Of a stretch of 64,000 nt of DNA, positions 27,650 through 36,662 are shown one piece after another. The stretch is from IMG/VR virus record IMGVR_UViG_3300029544_000001, one strand, 5' to 3'. The stretch's first letter is position 1, and every line of letters starts with the position of its first letter. The notes beneath the pieces are model-generated. The model searched no databases. It was given only the letters and a program-made list of their open reading frames with translations, and was not told the origin of the DNA. Origin of the DNA: a virus. Lineage: Duplodnaviria > Heunggongvirae > Uroviricota > Caudoviricetes. A program made the position numbers and the translations under genes.

Positions 27650-28918
27650 TTACAATATTGCCACTAAAGTATTGTACGCTGCTCTTCTGGTCAAAATAGC
27701 ATTCTGCATACAACCTATTGTCAAATAACCTTCAATTTCTTTACTCTTAGATTTATTTCGATTAGCCTTTACGTTCCGACCAATACCTCTAACAACACAA
27801 CCATCCGGCTTATCCTTAACATAGCCAAGGCCACCAACTTTATGTTTCCCAGTTTCAACGGCTCTAAGGCAATCCATTACGAATTTATTCAATTCATTAA
27901 TATCAACCCGAACATTACATACTGGAAGGGTCTGAGTCGCCCAACTATATTCTCCATTGCCTTTATATAAATATCGGTTAACCGAATCCACAGCCTTCTT
28001 CAACGTAATACCACGTTTTCTGATGGTTCTTGATTCTATTTCTTTCTGGAAGGTTTTAAGACGATTGGGAGAGAAAGAAATCATACTTCCCTTAATGCTG
28101 AAACCTAGAAATTTGAACCACTTGTCCATAGTCAGGTACTCTACTTTCTTGGGATTCAAATTCATTGATTTTTCGGCCAATCTCTTTTGTAAAATGGTCA
28201 TAGCCTTTTCATAGTCCGGACCAACGAACAACATATCATCCGAATACCTTACGTAAAACCCATTCAATTGGGACAGTTCATCATCCAAGCTATATAGCAA
28301 CACGTTGGCTAACCAGCTTGCTACTGCGCATCCTTGTTTAAGTGATTGATATTTCTCATGCAGTTCGTTGTTCTCATCGAAATACAATCCGCAATGATAG
28401 TATTTTCTTAATACATCAATTAACACAGAGTGACCATACTTAGCTTCCACCTTATCAAAAGCTGCGTCAATAAACCGGATAGGAACAGTGTCGAAATATT
28501 TACTTAAATCAGATTTCCAGCCCACATAACCATCACTTTTCATGTCAACAATTGTGTGACTTACTTCCAGAACCACTTTACCGCAACCAATACCGACCTG
28601 ATAAGATTTACAAGCAGGATGAATCATCTCTGGCATTAAATCAAATAGCAAATCATTCGCGATGCTTAGGATTATACGATCAATAGGTTCGTTGACATAT
28701 ACAGTACGAAACTCTCCGTTATCCTTCGGAATTTGTGCAATATGTGGTGGTGTTATTTGATATTTACCATTCAACATAGCTTCTGCCATACGAATTCTGG
28801 TTGGTTCTTCTGTCAGTTTGATAAGTTCGCTCTTCCGAATATCCTTCAGAACGCCTTTCTCAATTGCTTTTGTCCATCTATTAATGTCGAAGAACATTGT
28901 AAGAATCTTATCTTTCAT
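27650..28918 (-). CDS. reverse transcriptase (RT domains 1-7; class unresolved)
   Basis: IPKDNGEFRTVYVNEPIDRII, DLSKYFDTV, QGCAVASWLANVLL, YVRYSDDMLFVG, NPKKVEYL, FLGFSI. Confidence 0.75.
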   Translation of the reverse strand: MKDKILTMFFDINRWTKAIEKGVLKDIRKSELIKLTEEPTRIRMAEAMLNGKYQITPPHIAQIPKDNGEFRTVYVNEPIDRIILSIANDLLFDLMPEMIHPACKSYQVGIGCGKVVLEVSHTIVDMKSDGYVGWKSDLSKYFDTVPIRFIDAAFDKVEAKYGHSVLIDVLRKYYHCGLYFDENNELHEKYQSLKQGCAVASWLANVLLYSLDDELSQLNGFYVRYSDDMLFVGPDYEKAMTILQKRLAEKSMNLNPKKVEYLTMDKWFKFLGFSIKGSMISFSPNRLKTFQKEIESRTIRKRGITLKKAVDSVNRYLYKGNGEYSWATQTLPVCNVRVDINELNKFVMDCLRAVETGKHKVGGLGYVKDKPDGCVVRGIGRNVKANRNKSKSKEIEGYLTIGCMQNAILTRRAAYNTLVAIL

Positions 28919-29238
28919 TTTATATCTCCTTTCTTTTTGAGTTGTTCCTTATATCTCCTGTGCTCACGAATTGTTGCTGCCCATTCTGCTTTTGTAGGTT
29001 TGTATCGCCCTTCTGCTTTACGTTGTTTTAAACTCTCTTTATTTTTCAAATATTTGTCTGGGCAACAAATAAATTGAATAAGACGCTTGCTCACTCCAAA
29101 TATTTTAGCAAGTTTAGAGTAACTGATTAATTGCTTTTCTCTCAACCATTTTATATATTCTTTTTGGTCTGGAGTGAGCTTTATTCGTCTATCATATTTG
29201 GTTCCAGCGATACGAATCTTTTCTGATTTATACGGCAT
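28915..29238 (-). CDS. small basic HTH protein; paralog of 22925..23233, upstream of the RT with 4-nt overlap
   Basis: MPYKSEKIRIAGTKYDRRIKLTPDQKEYIKWLREKQLISYSKLAKIFGVSKRLIQFI. Confidence 0.55.
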   Translation of the reverse strand: MPYKSEKIRIAGTKYDRRIKLTPDQKEYIKWLREKQLISYSKLAKIFGVSKRLIQFICCPDKYLKNKESLKQRKAEGRYKPTKAEWAATIREHRRYKEQLKKKGDIK

Positions 29239-29830
29239 CGTTTTGAGGAAACATTAAATCATCGTGCAGGTTATTGAGACACCGTTCATCGAACCAACGC
29301 CAGACATCGAACTTTGGTGTTCCGGCTGGGAAGTTGAGGAAGTCTTCTTCAATCTCATCATCATTGTTTACCGGAATATCCCCAAACATTTCCCATAATT
29401 CTGAAAGGGTGCATAATTCTACATGCTCTTCACAAATATTACACCAGCAATCTTCTTCCTCAACTGAATCATTATAGCTGATTTCATCTGTGTTTGGATT
29501 TACCCATGCTCTTTCTTCAACATTATTACTTCCACATTTGGGGCAATACAATGTGTCTAATGACCTTATCCCCTTCTTTTTAAACACTATGTCAAACTGT
29601 TTGAGATTTGAAAGTTCGGTGAGAACCATTTCTGTAATAAAGGCTCTCATCTTATTAATCTGTTCATCTGATGATATTCCCCATATATTAGCCGCAGCTT
29701 GTACTGCATTTTGTATGGAAAAACAGATTTGAGTCCAATCATCATACTCTTTTTTATCTTCGAGGATTTCATGGATTAGCGTTTTTGCTTTCTCAATATA
29801 TTCTTGATTGAATGATTTTGATGTTTTCAT
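29228..29830 (-). CDS. hypothetical protein with zinc ribbon
   Basis: 200 aa; CPKCG ... CNIC. Confidence 0.4.
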   Translation of the reverse strand: MKTSKSFNQEYIEKAKTLIHEILEDKKEYDDWTQICFSIQNAVQAAANIWGISSDEQINKMRAFITEMVLTELSNLKQFDIVFKKKGIRSLDTLYCPKCGSNNVEERAWVNPNTDEISYNDSVEEEDCWCNICEEHVELCTLSELWEMFGDIPVNNDDEIEEDFLNFPAGTPKFDVWRWFDERCLNNLHDDLMFPQNDAV

Positions 29831-30059
29831 ATCCTATTGTGTTAAGTTCTTCTAACAATGACCGATATTCTTGTTCAGTAGCTAAAGGCCAATTTTTCAG
29901 AATGTCAGGAGAGCAACCGGCGTGTTGTCCGATGTGCATATAGCTTGTCAATTTAGTTTTGGACCTATCCCAAAATTCATTCACAAATACAGCACATATT
30001 TCTCCTTCTTCTGGAGATTTTACGAAAGTTATTTTTGTTTCATTTTTCATACATATCAA
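29793..30059 (-). CDS. small hypothetical protein
   Basis: 88 aa. Confidence 0.3.
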   Translation of the reverse strand: MICMKNETKITFVKSPEEGEICAVFVNEFWDRSKTKLTSYMHIGQHAGCSPDILKNWPLATEQEYRSLLEELNTIGYENIKIIQSRIY

Positions 30060-30406
30060 TTGTTGTTATACCATTCTATTTCAGCATCATTTGCTTCACG
30101 ATACAGCATATATACACCACCAATAGTTGAGTTGTAAATAAGGATGTATCCATCCTTTTGATGTACGGAATCAGTGCCATTATTCACCCACCTTGGTTCT
30201 TCGCTGCGAATATCATCGTCAGCCCATTCATCGCTATCCCATTGCTTCAGATAATCAATAACAGCTTCTCCATTCGCATCGGTAAAGACAGTTCCAGACC
30301 CTTTACCATCGTACAGTTTATCACATTCGTCCAGCATATCTCCGTACTGGACATCAATTACAATTCTATAAAGCTTTCGATTTTCCATTGAACTTAAATG
30401 CGGCAT
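30056..30406 (-). CDS. hypothetical protein
   Basis: 116 aa. Confidence 0.35.
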   Translation of the reverse strand: MPHLSSMENRKLYRIVIDVQYGDMLDECDKLYDGKGSGTVFTDANGEAVIDYLKQWDSDEWADDDIRSEEPRWVNNGTDSVHQKDGYILIYNSTIGGVYMLYREANDAEIEWYNNN

Positions 30407-30592
30407 AACTATCTTTTCTTATTGCGTTTACGATCTCTTCTTATTTGTTTCTTATTGCGCCCACTTTTAGTGGACGAACCTTTATATGCAGGAGGAACCC
30501 GTCTCCACGGAGTCGATTTCTCTTCATAGTCTTCTACTCTCTCAAAATAGACGGTAGGTGGATTTTCAAATAATATCATATTCATTCTTTAT

Positions 30593-30841
30593 TTAATCTC
30601 TTGCATCAGCCATTTTTCGGCCTTTAGCTGTTGCTGAATAGATATTCGGTTTATCACCTTTGAAACATTTAGTCTTTATCCATTCATATCTTTCAGCTTC
30701 CCGGAGATAGAATAATATTCCATATTCAGATGTATTTTTCAACCAATCTAATTTCTTGATTTGCTCAAATGTCATAGGGCCGCCATATACAAGCGACGAT
30801 GTTAACATCTGAACTCTTTCTTTCAATGAATATTCACTCAT
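30593..30841 (-). CDS. small hypothetical protein
   Basis: 82 aa. Confidence 0.35.
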   Translation of the reverse strand: MSEYSLKERVQMLTSSLVYGGPMTFEQIKKLDWLKNTSEYGILFYLREAERYEWIKTKCFKGDKPNIYSATAKGRKMADARD

Positions 30842-31037
30842 ATCTATTCTGTTTTGAGGGCTATTTAATTTCTCCTATTTCATATTTCTGTTTACCGAAG
30901 TAAAATCCAAAACATAGCCATTCAAACTCAAATTCATGGTTGTGTAAATTGATATTTATTGCCGGCAACAATGCCCAAAACTGAACATCAAAGTCAATAT
31001 CTATTTTAAAAGTCCTTCTATTCATATCTTATTTATT

Positions 31038-31340
31038 TTATACTATTAATATTGTCCTTTTTTCTATACGAAGTAAGTTGTGATTTGTGTCAGGGGCAAG
31101 CCATACAAGATACCATTCCCCTTTTATAAATCCTTTCCACATTTTACCTTCGTATCTTCCTGTAGGTATTGAAGTCGAATATTCTTTCAGCCCCTTAAAC
31201 GTTTGTTCGCTCATAAGTGCATGGGTATCGTCCAATTCAATAAATCTTCTGTGAGGTTGTTGCCAATGTTTCCCTAATGGATCAGTAATTGGCGGTATTA
31301 TCTGTTCTCCGTTCATTTCTTGACCACTTAAAATTACCAA
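31038..31340 (-). CDS. hypothetical protein
   Basis: 100 aa. Confidence 0.35.
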   Translation of the reverse strand: MVILSGQEMNGEQIIPPITDPLGKHWQQPHRRFIELDDTHALMSEQTFKGLKEYSTSIPTGRYEGKMWKGFIKGEWYLVWLAPDTNHNLLRIEKRTILIV

Positions 31341-31543
31341 ATCCTGATATCATAGTCTCTAAAATAATCTTCCAGTTCTTTTAGTCCTTCCAAACTGTGC
31401 AGTCCACCCTCGCCAACTACTTCAATATCAACAGATATTTCATAGTCTGTTTTAATACTTACCTTTGAGTTATTGAAAGTTTTTCTCACGTATTCTAAAA
31501 TGCTCGAAGAATCAGTACCATTTTTTACTATATTGAGTACCAT
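31334..31543 (-). CDS. small hypothetical protein
   Basis: 69 aa. Confidence 0.3.
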   Translation of the reverse strand: MVLNIVKNGTDSSSILEYVRKTFNNSKVSIKTDYEISVDIEVVGEGGLHSLEGLKELEDYFRDYDIRIW

Positions 31544-31560
31544 TGTTTTTTGAATTTTAA

Positions 31561-32262
31561 TTATGCAACATCATCTAACGGTCCACTATAAACTCTTCCA
31601 TCCATATAATACAACCTGTCCTCATACTGGTTGTTATGTAATTCCTCCCGGATTGCATTTTCATCATTGGCCCAATACTCATATTCTTCATGCCAGCATT
31701 TGAAAAAACTGTCGTAGCATTGTTCTATTAAGTCTGTGAGCGAAAAGTTGTCCGGATAACTGCACCAAGTTTTATAATATTTAATGATAGGTTCAAGCAA
31801 GTAATAATCGTAACACATACCAGTTAGTGGACAATCCTCTAAAGATTTAATAACCCTACTTCGTCTATGCTTATAAGTGCGTTTCCCGTCTATACACTCA
31901 CCTGAAGTTGAATAATATTGGCCATGCGTAATGTATGGCATAATATTATTATTGATATATCGGAACAGTAACTTCCCACACAAATCCTCTGCGTAAATGT
32001 CATTATCACAATTAACTGGACATTCAAAAATTGGGTTATAACTACATTTAAAATTAAAATCGTATCCGCTATAGTTAACACTCCAACTATATGATTGGGT
32101 GTTTGTCAATTTCTCGAAAGCTCTTAGAGACGTTACATAATCCGAACCATAACCCTCCATGCACTGCTCCATTATATTCCAGCGTTCACGCTCAATAATT
32201 TCCTTTTGTACCTCATCCGACAATTCATCAAAAGTGTACAGTTGCAATGTTATTGTTTTCAT
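31561..32262 (-). CDS. Cys-rich hypothetical protein (start trimmed to MKTITLQ...)
   Basis: the ORF-track start at 32418 would overlap the upstream gene by 150 nt. Confidence 0.4.
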   Translation of the reverse strand: MKTITLQLYTFDELSDEVQKEIIERERWNIMEQCMEGYGSDYVTSLRAFEKLTNTQSYSWSVNYSGYDFNFKCSYNPIFECPVNCDNDIYAEDLCGKLLFRYINNNIMPYITHGQYYSTSGECIDGKRTYKHRRSRVIKSLEDCPLTGMCYDYYLLEPIIKYYKTWCSYPDNFSLTDLIEQCYDSFFKCWHEEYEYWANDENAIREELHNNQYEDRLYYMDGRVYSGPLDDVA

Positions 32263-32266
32263 TGAT

Positions 32267-32731
32267 TTAAGATTGTTGGTTTTCAAACTCCATATAAAGG
32301 AACTCTGATATATTTGACTGGAAATTATAGGATATTCCCCATGTTCCAAAAGTTTCAAAGAACCAGTCAGCAAGAAAGTCCCGGTCCTCGTTAGCTTGTT
32401 CGCTGTCTTCACCGGCATCTAATCTAGCGATCATAGCATTTACAAGAGGCGTATCGTATGTAACCTCTCCATAAATATGATAAGGGTAGTCATAATCAAT
32501 GTTATTGAAATTACCACAAATCCTGTGGTCTGGATTATGCAAGTATTTCTTCATATCAGAATTAAATTGCCAAGCCATTACATTGCTGTAATCTTCCAGA
32601 TACTCATCCGAAAAGTTCTCCATGATAAAATCTTTATTTTCATCATCAACCATGCTTTCACGTGCATCTTTGAGAATTTGACAAAGGCGTGTCGCCATAT
32701 TGTCAATATTTATATACTTCTTTTCTTCCAT
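32267..32731 (-). CDS. acidic hypothetical protein
   Basis: 154 aa. Confidence 0.4.
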   Translation of the reverse strand: MEEKKYINIDNMATRLCQILKDARESMVDDENKDFIMENFSDEYLEDYSNVMAWQFNSDMKKYLHNPDHRICGNFNNIDYDYPYHIYGEVTYDTPLVNAMIARLDAGEDSEQANEDRDFLADWFFETFGTWGISYNFQSNISEFLYMEFENQQS

Positions 32732-32735
32732 TTTA

Positions 32736-32993
32736 CTACTTTATTTGAAGTTGAAGATTATCATTACCATAAGAATACATCATTACAGAAGCTCCACAAG
32801 GAGCATTTTTACCAGCATGGAAACATCTCACACCTATTTCACGAAGTTTCTGAAAAGCATCAAATGATTGATTTTCGTTTGGAAAATGCAAATCAATAGA
32901 ACTACCAATATCTACATGCTGTACCTGCAAGGATACTTTGTTTTTGTGATTTAAGACTATTACATCCATATTATTCATCGTTTTCTTGTTCAC
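32736..32993 (-). CDS. small hypothetical protein
   Basis: 85 aa. Confidence 0.3.
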   Translation of the reverse strand: MNKKTMNNMDVIVLNHKNKVSLQVQHVDIGSSIDLHFPNENQSFDAFQKLREIGVRCFHAGKNAPCGASVMMYSYGNDNLQLQIK

Positions 32994-33348
32994 GTCTATA
33001 TTGTCTGTATCTATCGTATGCTTTAAATGTCTCTGCTATAGTTTCAGAGAGATCATCAAATTTTAGAGGAGTAATTTTTGCAAAATATGCAATCCCTTTA
33101 GTTGTATAACAACAATTTGTTACAAGTCTATCTGGAGTGCCAAACAAACCACGAACTTTAAATCGGTCATCTGATCTTACTTGGAAATGTTCTGACAACA
33201 CCTTCAATGTTTCATTACCAGCTTTGACTGCTTCTTCCAAAGTATCAAATATACCTATGGCAATTGTCTTACTACAAGAAGTAGCTGGGCAGCTACCTAT
33301 CGGTCTGTCATGATAACGAAATTCTATTTCTAACAATTCCTTTTGCAT
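32971..33348 (-). CDS. hypothetical protein
   Basis: 125 aa. Confidence 0.4.
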   Translation of the reverse strand: MQKELLEIEFRYHDRPIGSCPATSCSKTIAIGIFDTLEEAVKAGNETLKVLSEHFQVRSDDRFKVRGLFGTPDRLVTNCCYTTKGIAYFAKITPLKFDDLSETIAETFKAYDRYRQYRREQENDE

Positions 33349-33528
33349 ATTTCCTTTTGTTTTTATTATCGAATAGTTTTTTGATGGTGTCCATAGTTGT
33401 CCACTTTTTGAATATTAACTCGCTTTAACTTTAAAGGAAAAGGCGCAACCAGAACAATAACATTCTGATCGCGCCACCCTTCAAACAAAAACATGTCGAA
33501 CAACACACATGGAAACAACAAATATATG

Positions 33529-33568
33529 TAGTGTTCCGGGAATCGAACCCGGATTTCTACCATAACAC
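33529..33568 (-). other. tRNA-like minihelix: 6-bp acceptor-like stem AGTGTT/AACACT enclosing a perfect T-arm CCGGG-TTCGATT-CCCGG; no D or anticodon arm
   Basis: GGTTCGATTCC motif in an otherwise coding-poor spot. Confidence 0.35.
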
Positions 33569-33569
33569 T

Positions 33570-34022
33570 TTACTCGTGCTTACGATACTCTTTCACTTGT
33601 TCAATATCATCCATATTGTTCCACCAATTTGAAAAGTCATAGTAAACAAGATCTTCATCAAATTCTTCTTCCCCATTTTCATCTGTAGAAATATAGTCTT
33701 CTCTGTCAAGGCTGGCTATATCAATCATATCTTCGGTGTCTGTGATACCGTCAAACCAATCTTGCGCTTCTTTCACATCATCTTCACTAACTCCTGCATC
33801 AAAATGTTCTCCATCCTTGTATCCAAGCCAGTCTGCAATTGTATCAAAGTCAAACCAAAAGAAATTATTTATGTCATCATCGGTCCAACCACTTTCAGGA
33901 GCAGCACTCTCCATTATGGATTCAATTTTATCCAGTTGTTCATCGGTACAGTTCTTTGCCCGATCCTCACCCCCACTCCAAAATTTGAAATCTCGAAGTG
34001 AAATTTCTGATATAACTTTCAT
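33570..34022 (-). CDS. highly acidic protein (~30% Asp+Glu, Trp/Phe-rich); candidate DNA-mimic anti-restriction protein
   Basis: 150 aa; long D/E runs; call from composition only. Confidence 0.3.
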   Translation of the reverse strand: MKVISEISLRDFKFWSGGEDRAKNCTDEQLDKIESIMESAAPESGWTDDDINNFFWFDFDTIADWLGYKDGEHFDAGVSEDDVKEAQDWFDGITDTEDMIDIASLDREDYISTDENGEEEFDEDLVYYDFSNWWNNMDDIEQVKEYRKHE

Positions 34023-34336
34023 AGTTCGTTTGCTTTTAAAAGTTCCTTAGCAACTCTTCCTACCCGCAGCAAGTATTCATTCCAGACTCTCCCATCAGAG
34101 ATTCTGTTCTGAACAACAGCACTATAACCGCATTTAATATTCAATTCTCTCACATCATAAGGGGAAACAAGCATACCTCCATGTTGTGCCAAGTTATAAT
34201 CCGGTTCTTTAGGAAATGATTTTATATACCTCTTAATAATTTGAATACTCTCTTGCTTATCCTTTCCTTTGGATAACAATAGTTTCTCAATACTATTCAT
34301 AACAGCATTGAGATTAGGATTTACTGAATACTTCAT
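34019..34336 (-). CDS. hypothetical protein
   Basis: 105 aa. Confidence 0.35.
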   Translation of the reverse strand: MKYSVNPNLNAVMNSIEKLLLSKGKDKQESIQIIKRYIKSFPKEPDYNLAQHGGMLVSPYDVRELNIKCGYSAVVQNRISDGRVWNEYLLRVGRVAKELLKANEL

Positions 34337-34348
34337 ATTACAACTGTT

Positions 34349-35026
34349 TTATGTATGAATACTCCAACGTCTTTCAGTCGCATTTGGGGACATAATTATC
34401 CCGCCGCAAATTTTGCGTTCGCCATTTACCACCTCAGAGAATCCAAAGCTATTTTTCGCAAAATCACCATATATTTCAATATGTTGGTTAACGGCAAATC
34501 TCACCCATTTTTGTAGACTTTTCAAGCAATCTTCAAAACTTGAATCTTGCAATTCCGAAGCAATATTCTTGACCTCTTTTACACGCTCTGATATTTCTGG
34601 GGACATTTTTAATTCCAATGGTTTGTTTATGGCTGCATACTCTTCAGGGTATTGAATGGAAAGTTGATGTATCCGGCTTCCCCAAATATTATTGAATATT
34701 GAAATAACCTTATCCTTGGATACTTTCTGAAGCTGTGCTCCATCCCAATAAAAATACTTATTATAGTCCAAATCGTCCCAATAAACAATACTTGCGATAA
34801 TAGCATGAGAATCTTTCATAATTGCAAACCGGTTACTTTCTGACGAAAAAAGACTTTCTACACTGGGGCCAATAAAACACAAATGTGTTCCGTGTGTGCG
34901 CACTAACCAAAAAAATGGCTCATTGGTCTTTTCAAGAGTTTTCAAATCATACTTCTCGAAATCAGAGATGCACAATTTAGTATCGTATAACTCTTTGCGC
35001 ATTTGTTCAATAATTTCTGGTATCAT
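34349..35026 (-). CDS. hypothetical protein
   Basis: 225 aa. Confidence 0.4.
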   Translation of the reverse strand: MIPEIIEQMRKELYDTKLCISDFEKYDLKTLEKTNEPFFWLVRTHGTHLCFIGPSVESLFSSESNRFAIMKDSHAIIASIVYWDDLDYNKYFYWDGAQLQKVSKDKVISIFNNIWGSRIHQLSIQYPEEYAAINKPLELKMSPEISERVKEVKNIASELQDSSFEDCLKSLQKWVRFAVNQHIEIYGDFAKNSFGFSEVVNGERKICGGIIMSPNATERRWSIHT

Positions 35027-35216
35027 ACTTCTTTATTTTAATTTTCACTTTTTATCAATCTTCCAGTATAACCACGGTATTCAAGCAATGTCACAATAAG
35101 ATGATCTGGCACATCTCTCAAACGTCTGTAATTTTCCGTTAACACTTCAAGCAGATATTCCTCATCTTGTCCCTGCAAAAAATTAGTCAATTCCCAGCCA
35201 TAACTTGTGTACATAC

Positions 35217-35480
35217 CTATATATTTACTACTTTGGAATAACGTAATTCTCCAGTGTATCCACGTCTACGCAATTCAGCAAACAACATGTTGTCATCAAA
35301 GTCAGACATTTTCAGAGTAGCTTTTACTCCTTGTTGAGTTATGCCCCCACTGGATTTGCGTCTTCTTTCTTTGTCACACTTCTTACAATAGTTTGCCAAC
35401 CCATCTTTGGTTGCCTTGTTCTTAGAAAAATTTGATTTGGGCAAACTCTGACCACATTCTTTACACACTTTTGTTTCCAT
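35217..35480 (-). CDS. zinc-ribbon protein
   Basis: 87 aa; CKECG ... CKKC. Confidence 0.4.
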   Translation of the reverse strand: METKVCKECGQSLPKSNFSKNKATKDGLANYCKKCDKERRRKSSGGITQQGVKATLKMSDFDDNMLFAELRRRGYTGELRYSKVVNI

Positions 35481-35493
35481 TATTGTCTTGATA

Positions 35494-35769
35494 TTAATTG
35501 TTCTCTTCAGGATGGAGTTTCAAATACTCGGTAAGTTCACAGTCATATATTTGTTCCTTAGCAATTTCAGAAACAAGGGAATCTCCTATAGTCTCCCAGA
35601 ATTTTACCAACAAATCAATATTGGCGCATTCTGGGTGCTCTGTAATTATGCGCTCTCGGATTTCTTTTGGGATGCTATCAACTACATCGCACACATAATT
35701 TAAGCGGCAGGCTTTTAATGTTAGTATAACAATAACACATCCCACGATTACTTTGAATATCTTTTTCAT
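35494..35769 (-). CDS. small secreted protein or lipoprotein (signal peptide)
   Basis: MKKIFKVIVGCVIVILTLKAC. Confidence 0.4.
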   Translation of the reverse strand: MKKIFKVIVGCVIVILTLKACRLNYVCDVVDSIPKEIRERIITEHPECANIDLLVKFWETIGDSLVSEIAKEQIYDCELTEYLKLHPEENN

Positions 35770-36020
35770 TTGATACGTTTTTTACCGCTGTACATTTCCA
35801 GTGCACGCTCTACGAGTAAGTTCTGATTCCTGTCATCCAAATTGGCAAAAAATTCTTCTACCGCTCCATAATGACCATTTTGACTATTATATTCACGCCA
35901 CTTGTTCCATAAATGTCTCCATCCACATTCGGCTTTTTCAAAAGCAACAGCACATTCGTGCTCATCCCAGCAATTCCACATATAGTAGAAGAAACTGGCT
36001 ATATCATTCTTTTTTACCAT
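35766..36020 (-). CDS. small hypothetical protein
   Basis: 84 aa. Confidence 0.3.
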   Translation of the reverse strand: MVKKNDIASFFYYMWNCWDEHECAVAFEKAECGWRHLWNKWREYNSQNGHYGAVEEFFANLDDRNQNLLVERALEMYSGKKRIK

Positions 36021-36354
36021 TATCTTTCACATCAATCATTATAAACTTGAAATATTTCCAACTCTCCAATACAATACTATATTGCTTCTCATCCTCTAGT
36101 TGGTACATGGTACCATCTTTCAATGTTAGGAAGTAAGTGTTTCCATCTATTCTCACAGTCTTCTCCACGCGCTGTATGTTTCCTGTAAATACCCTTATAG
36201 TTTTGGCATTTATCGCAATACAGGAAAACAACAGGCATATAACTACCAAGATTCTATAGAATTTACTACCAATTGCAGTAGCTACTTTGATATACTTTTT
36301 CCGCTTATATACCACAACATACTTCTTCATAGATTTACGCTTTAAATAAATCAT
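36004..36354 (-). CDS. membrane-anchored hypothetical protein
   Basis: 116 aa; N-terminal TM helix. Confidence 0.35.
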   Translation of the reverse strand: MIYLKRKSMKKYVVVYKRKKYIKVATAIGSKFYRILVVICLLFSCIAINAKTIRVFTGNIQRVEKTVRIDGNTYFLTLKDGTMYQLEDEKQYSIVLESWKYFKFIMIDVKDNGKKE

Positions 36355-36662
36355 ACACAGTTTTCCGCTTCACAGTAACATTTTGAGATTTAGGCAAATA
36401 AAATGTCATACTTGCACAAGAGGTAGAAATGATTTTCACGCTCGTTCTTTGGATTCTTGCTCGTTTCATGCTTTATTTTTTAAAATTTACAATCAGACAC
36501 AAAAATGGCACGCACTCAAAAGTACATGCCACAATTAAAGTGGGTAACAAAGACTCGCACTTCTTGCACGCTGCGCTTCCACGTTCGTTTTACCCATAAA
36601 AATAGCACGCCTGTATTCACCTCCAGACGTGCTATATATGTTATGACTTACCAGTTCTTTAT

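Noticed and set aside
27650-29500. Group II intron hosting the RT as its maturase
   Set aside because: The sequence upstream of the RT ORF, where domains I-III would lie, is occupied by a protein-coding gene that has a paralog elsewhere (22925..23233). No domain V-like GAGC...hairpin...GTTC element was found downstream, and no GUGYG 5' end was seen.
32263-32418. Long start for ORF 31561..32418
   Set aside because: It would overlap the upstream gene 32267..32731 by 150 nt. The internal Met at 32262 gives a tight operon junction.
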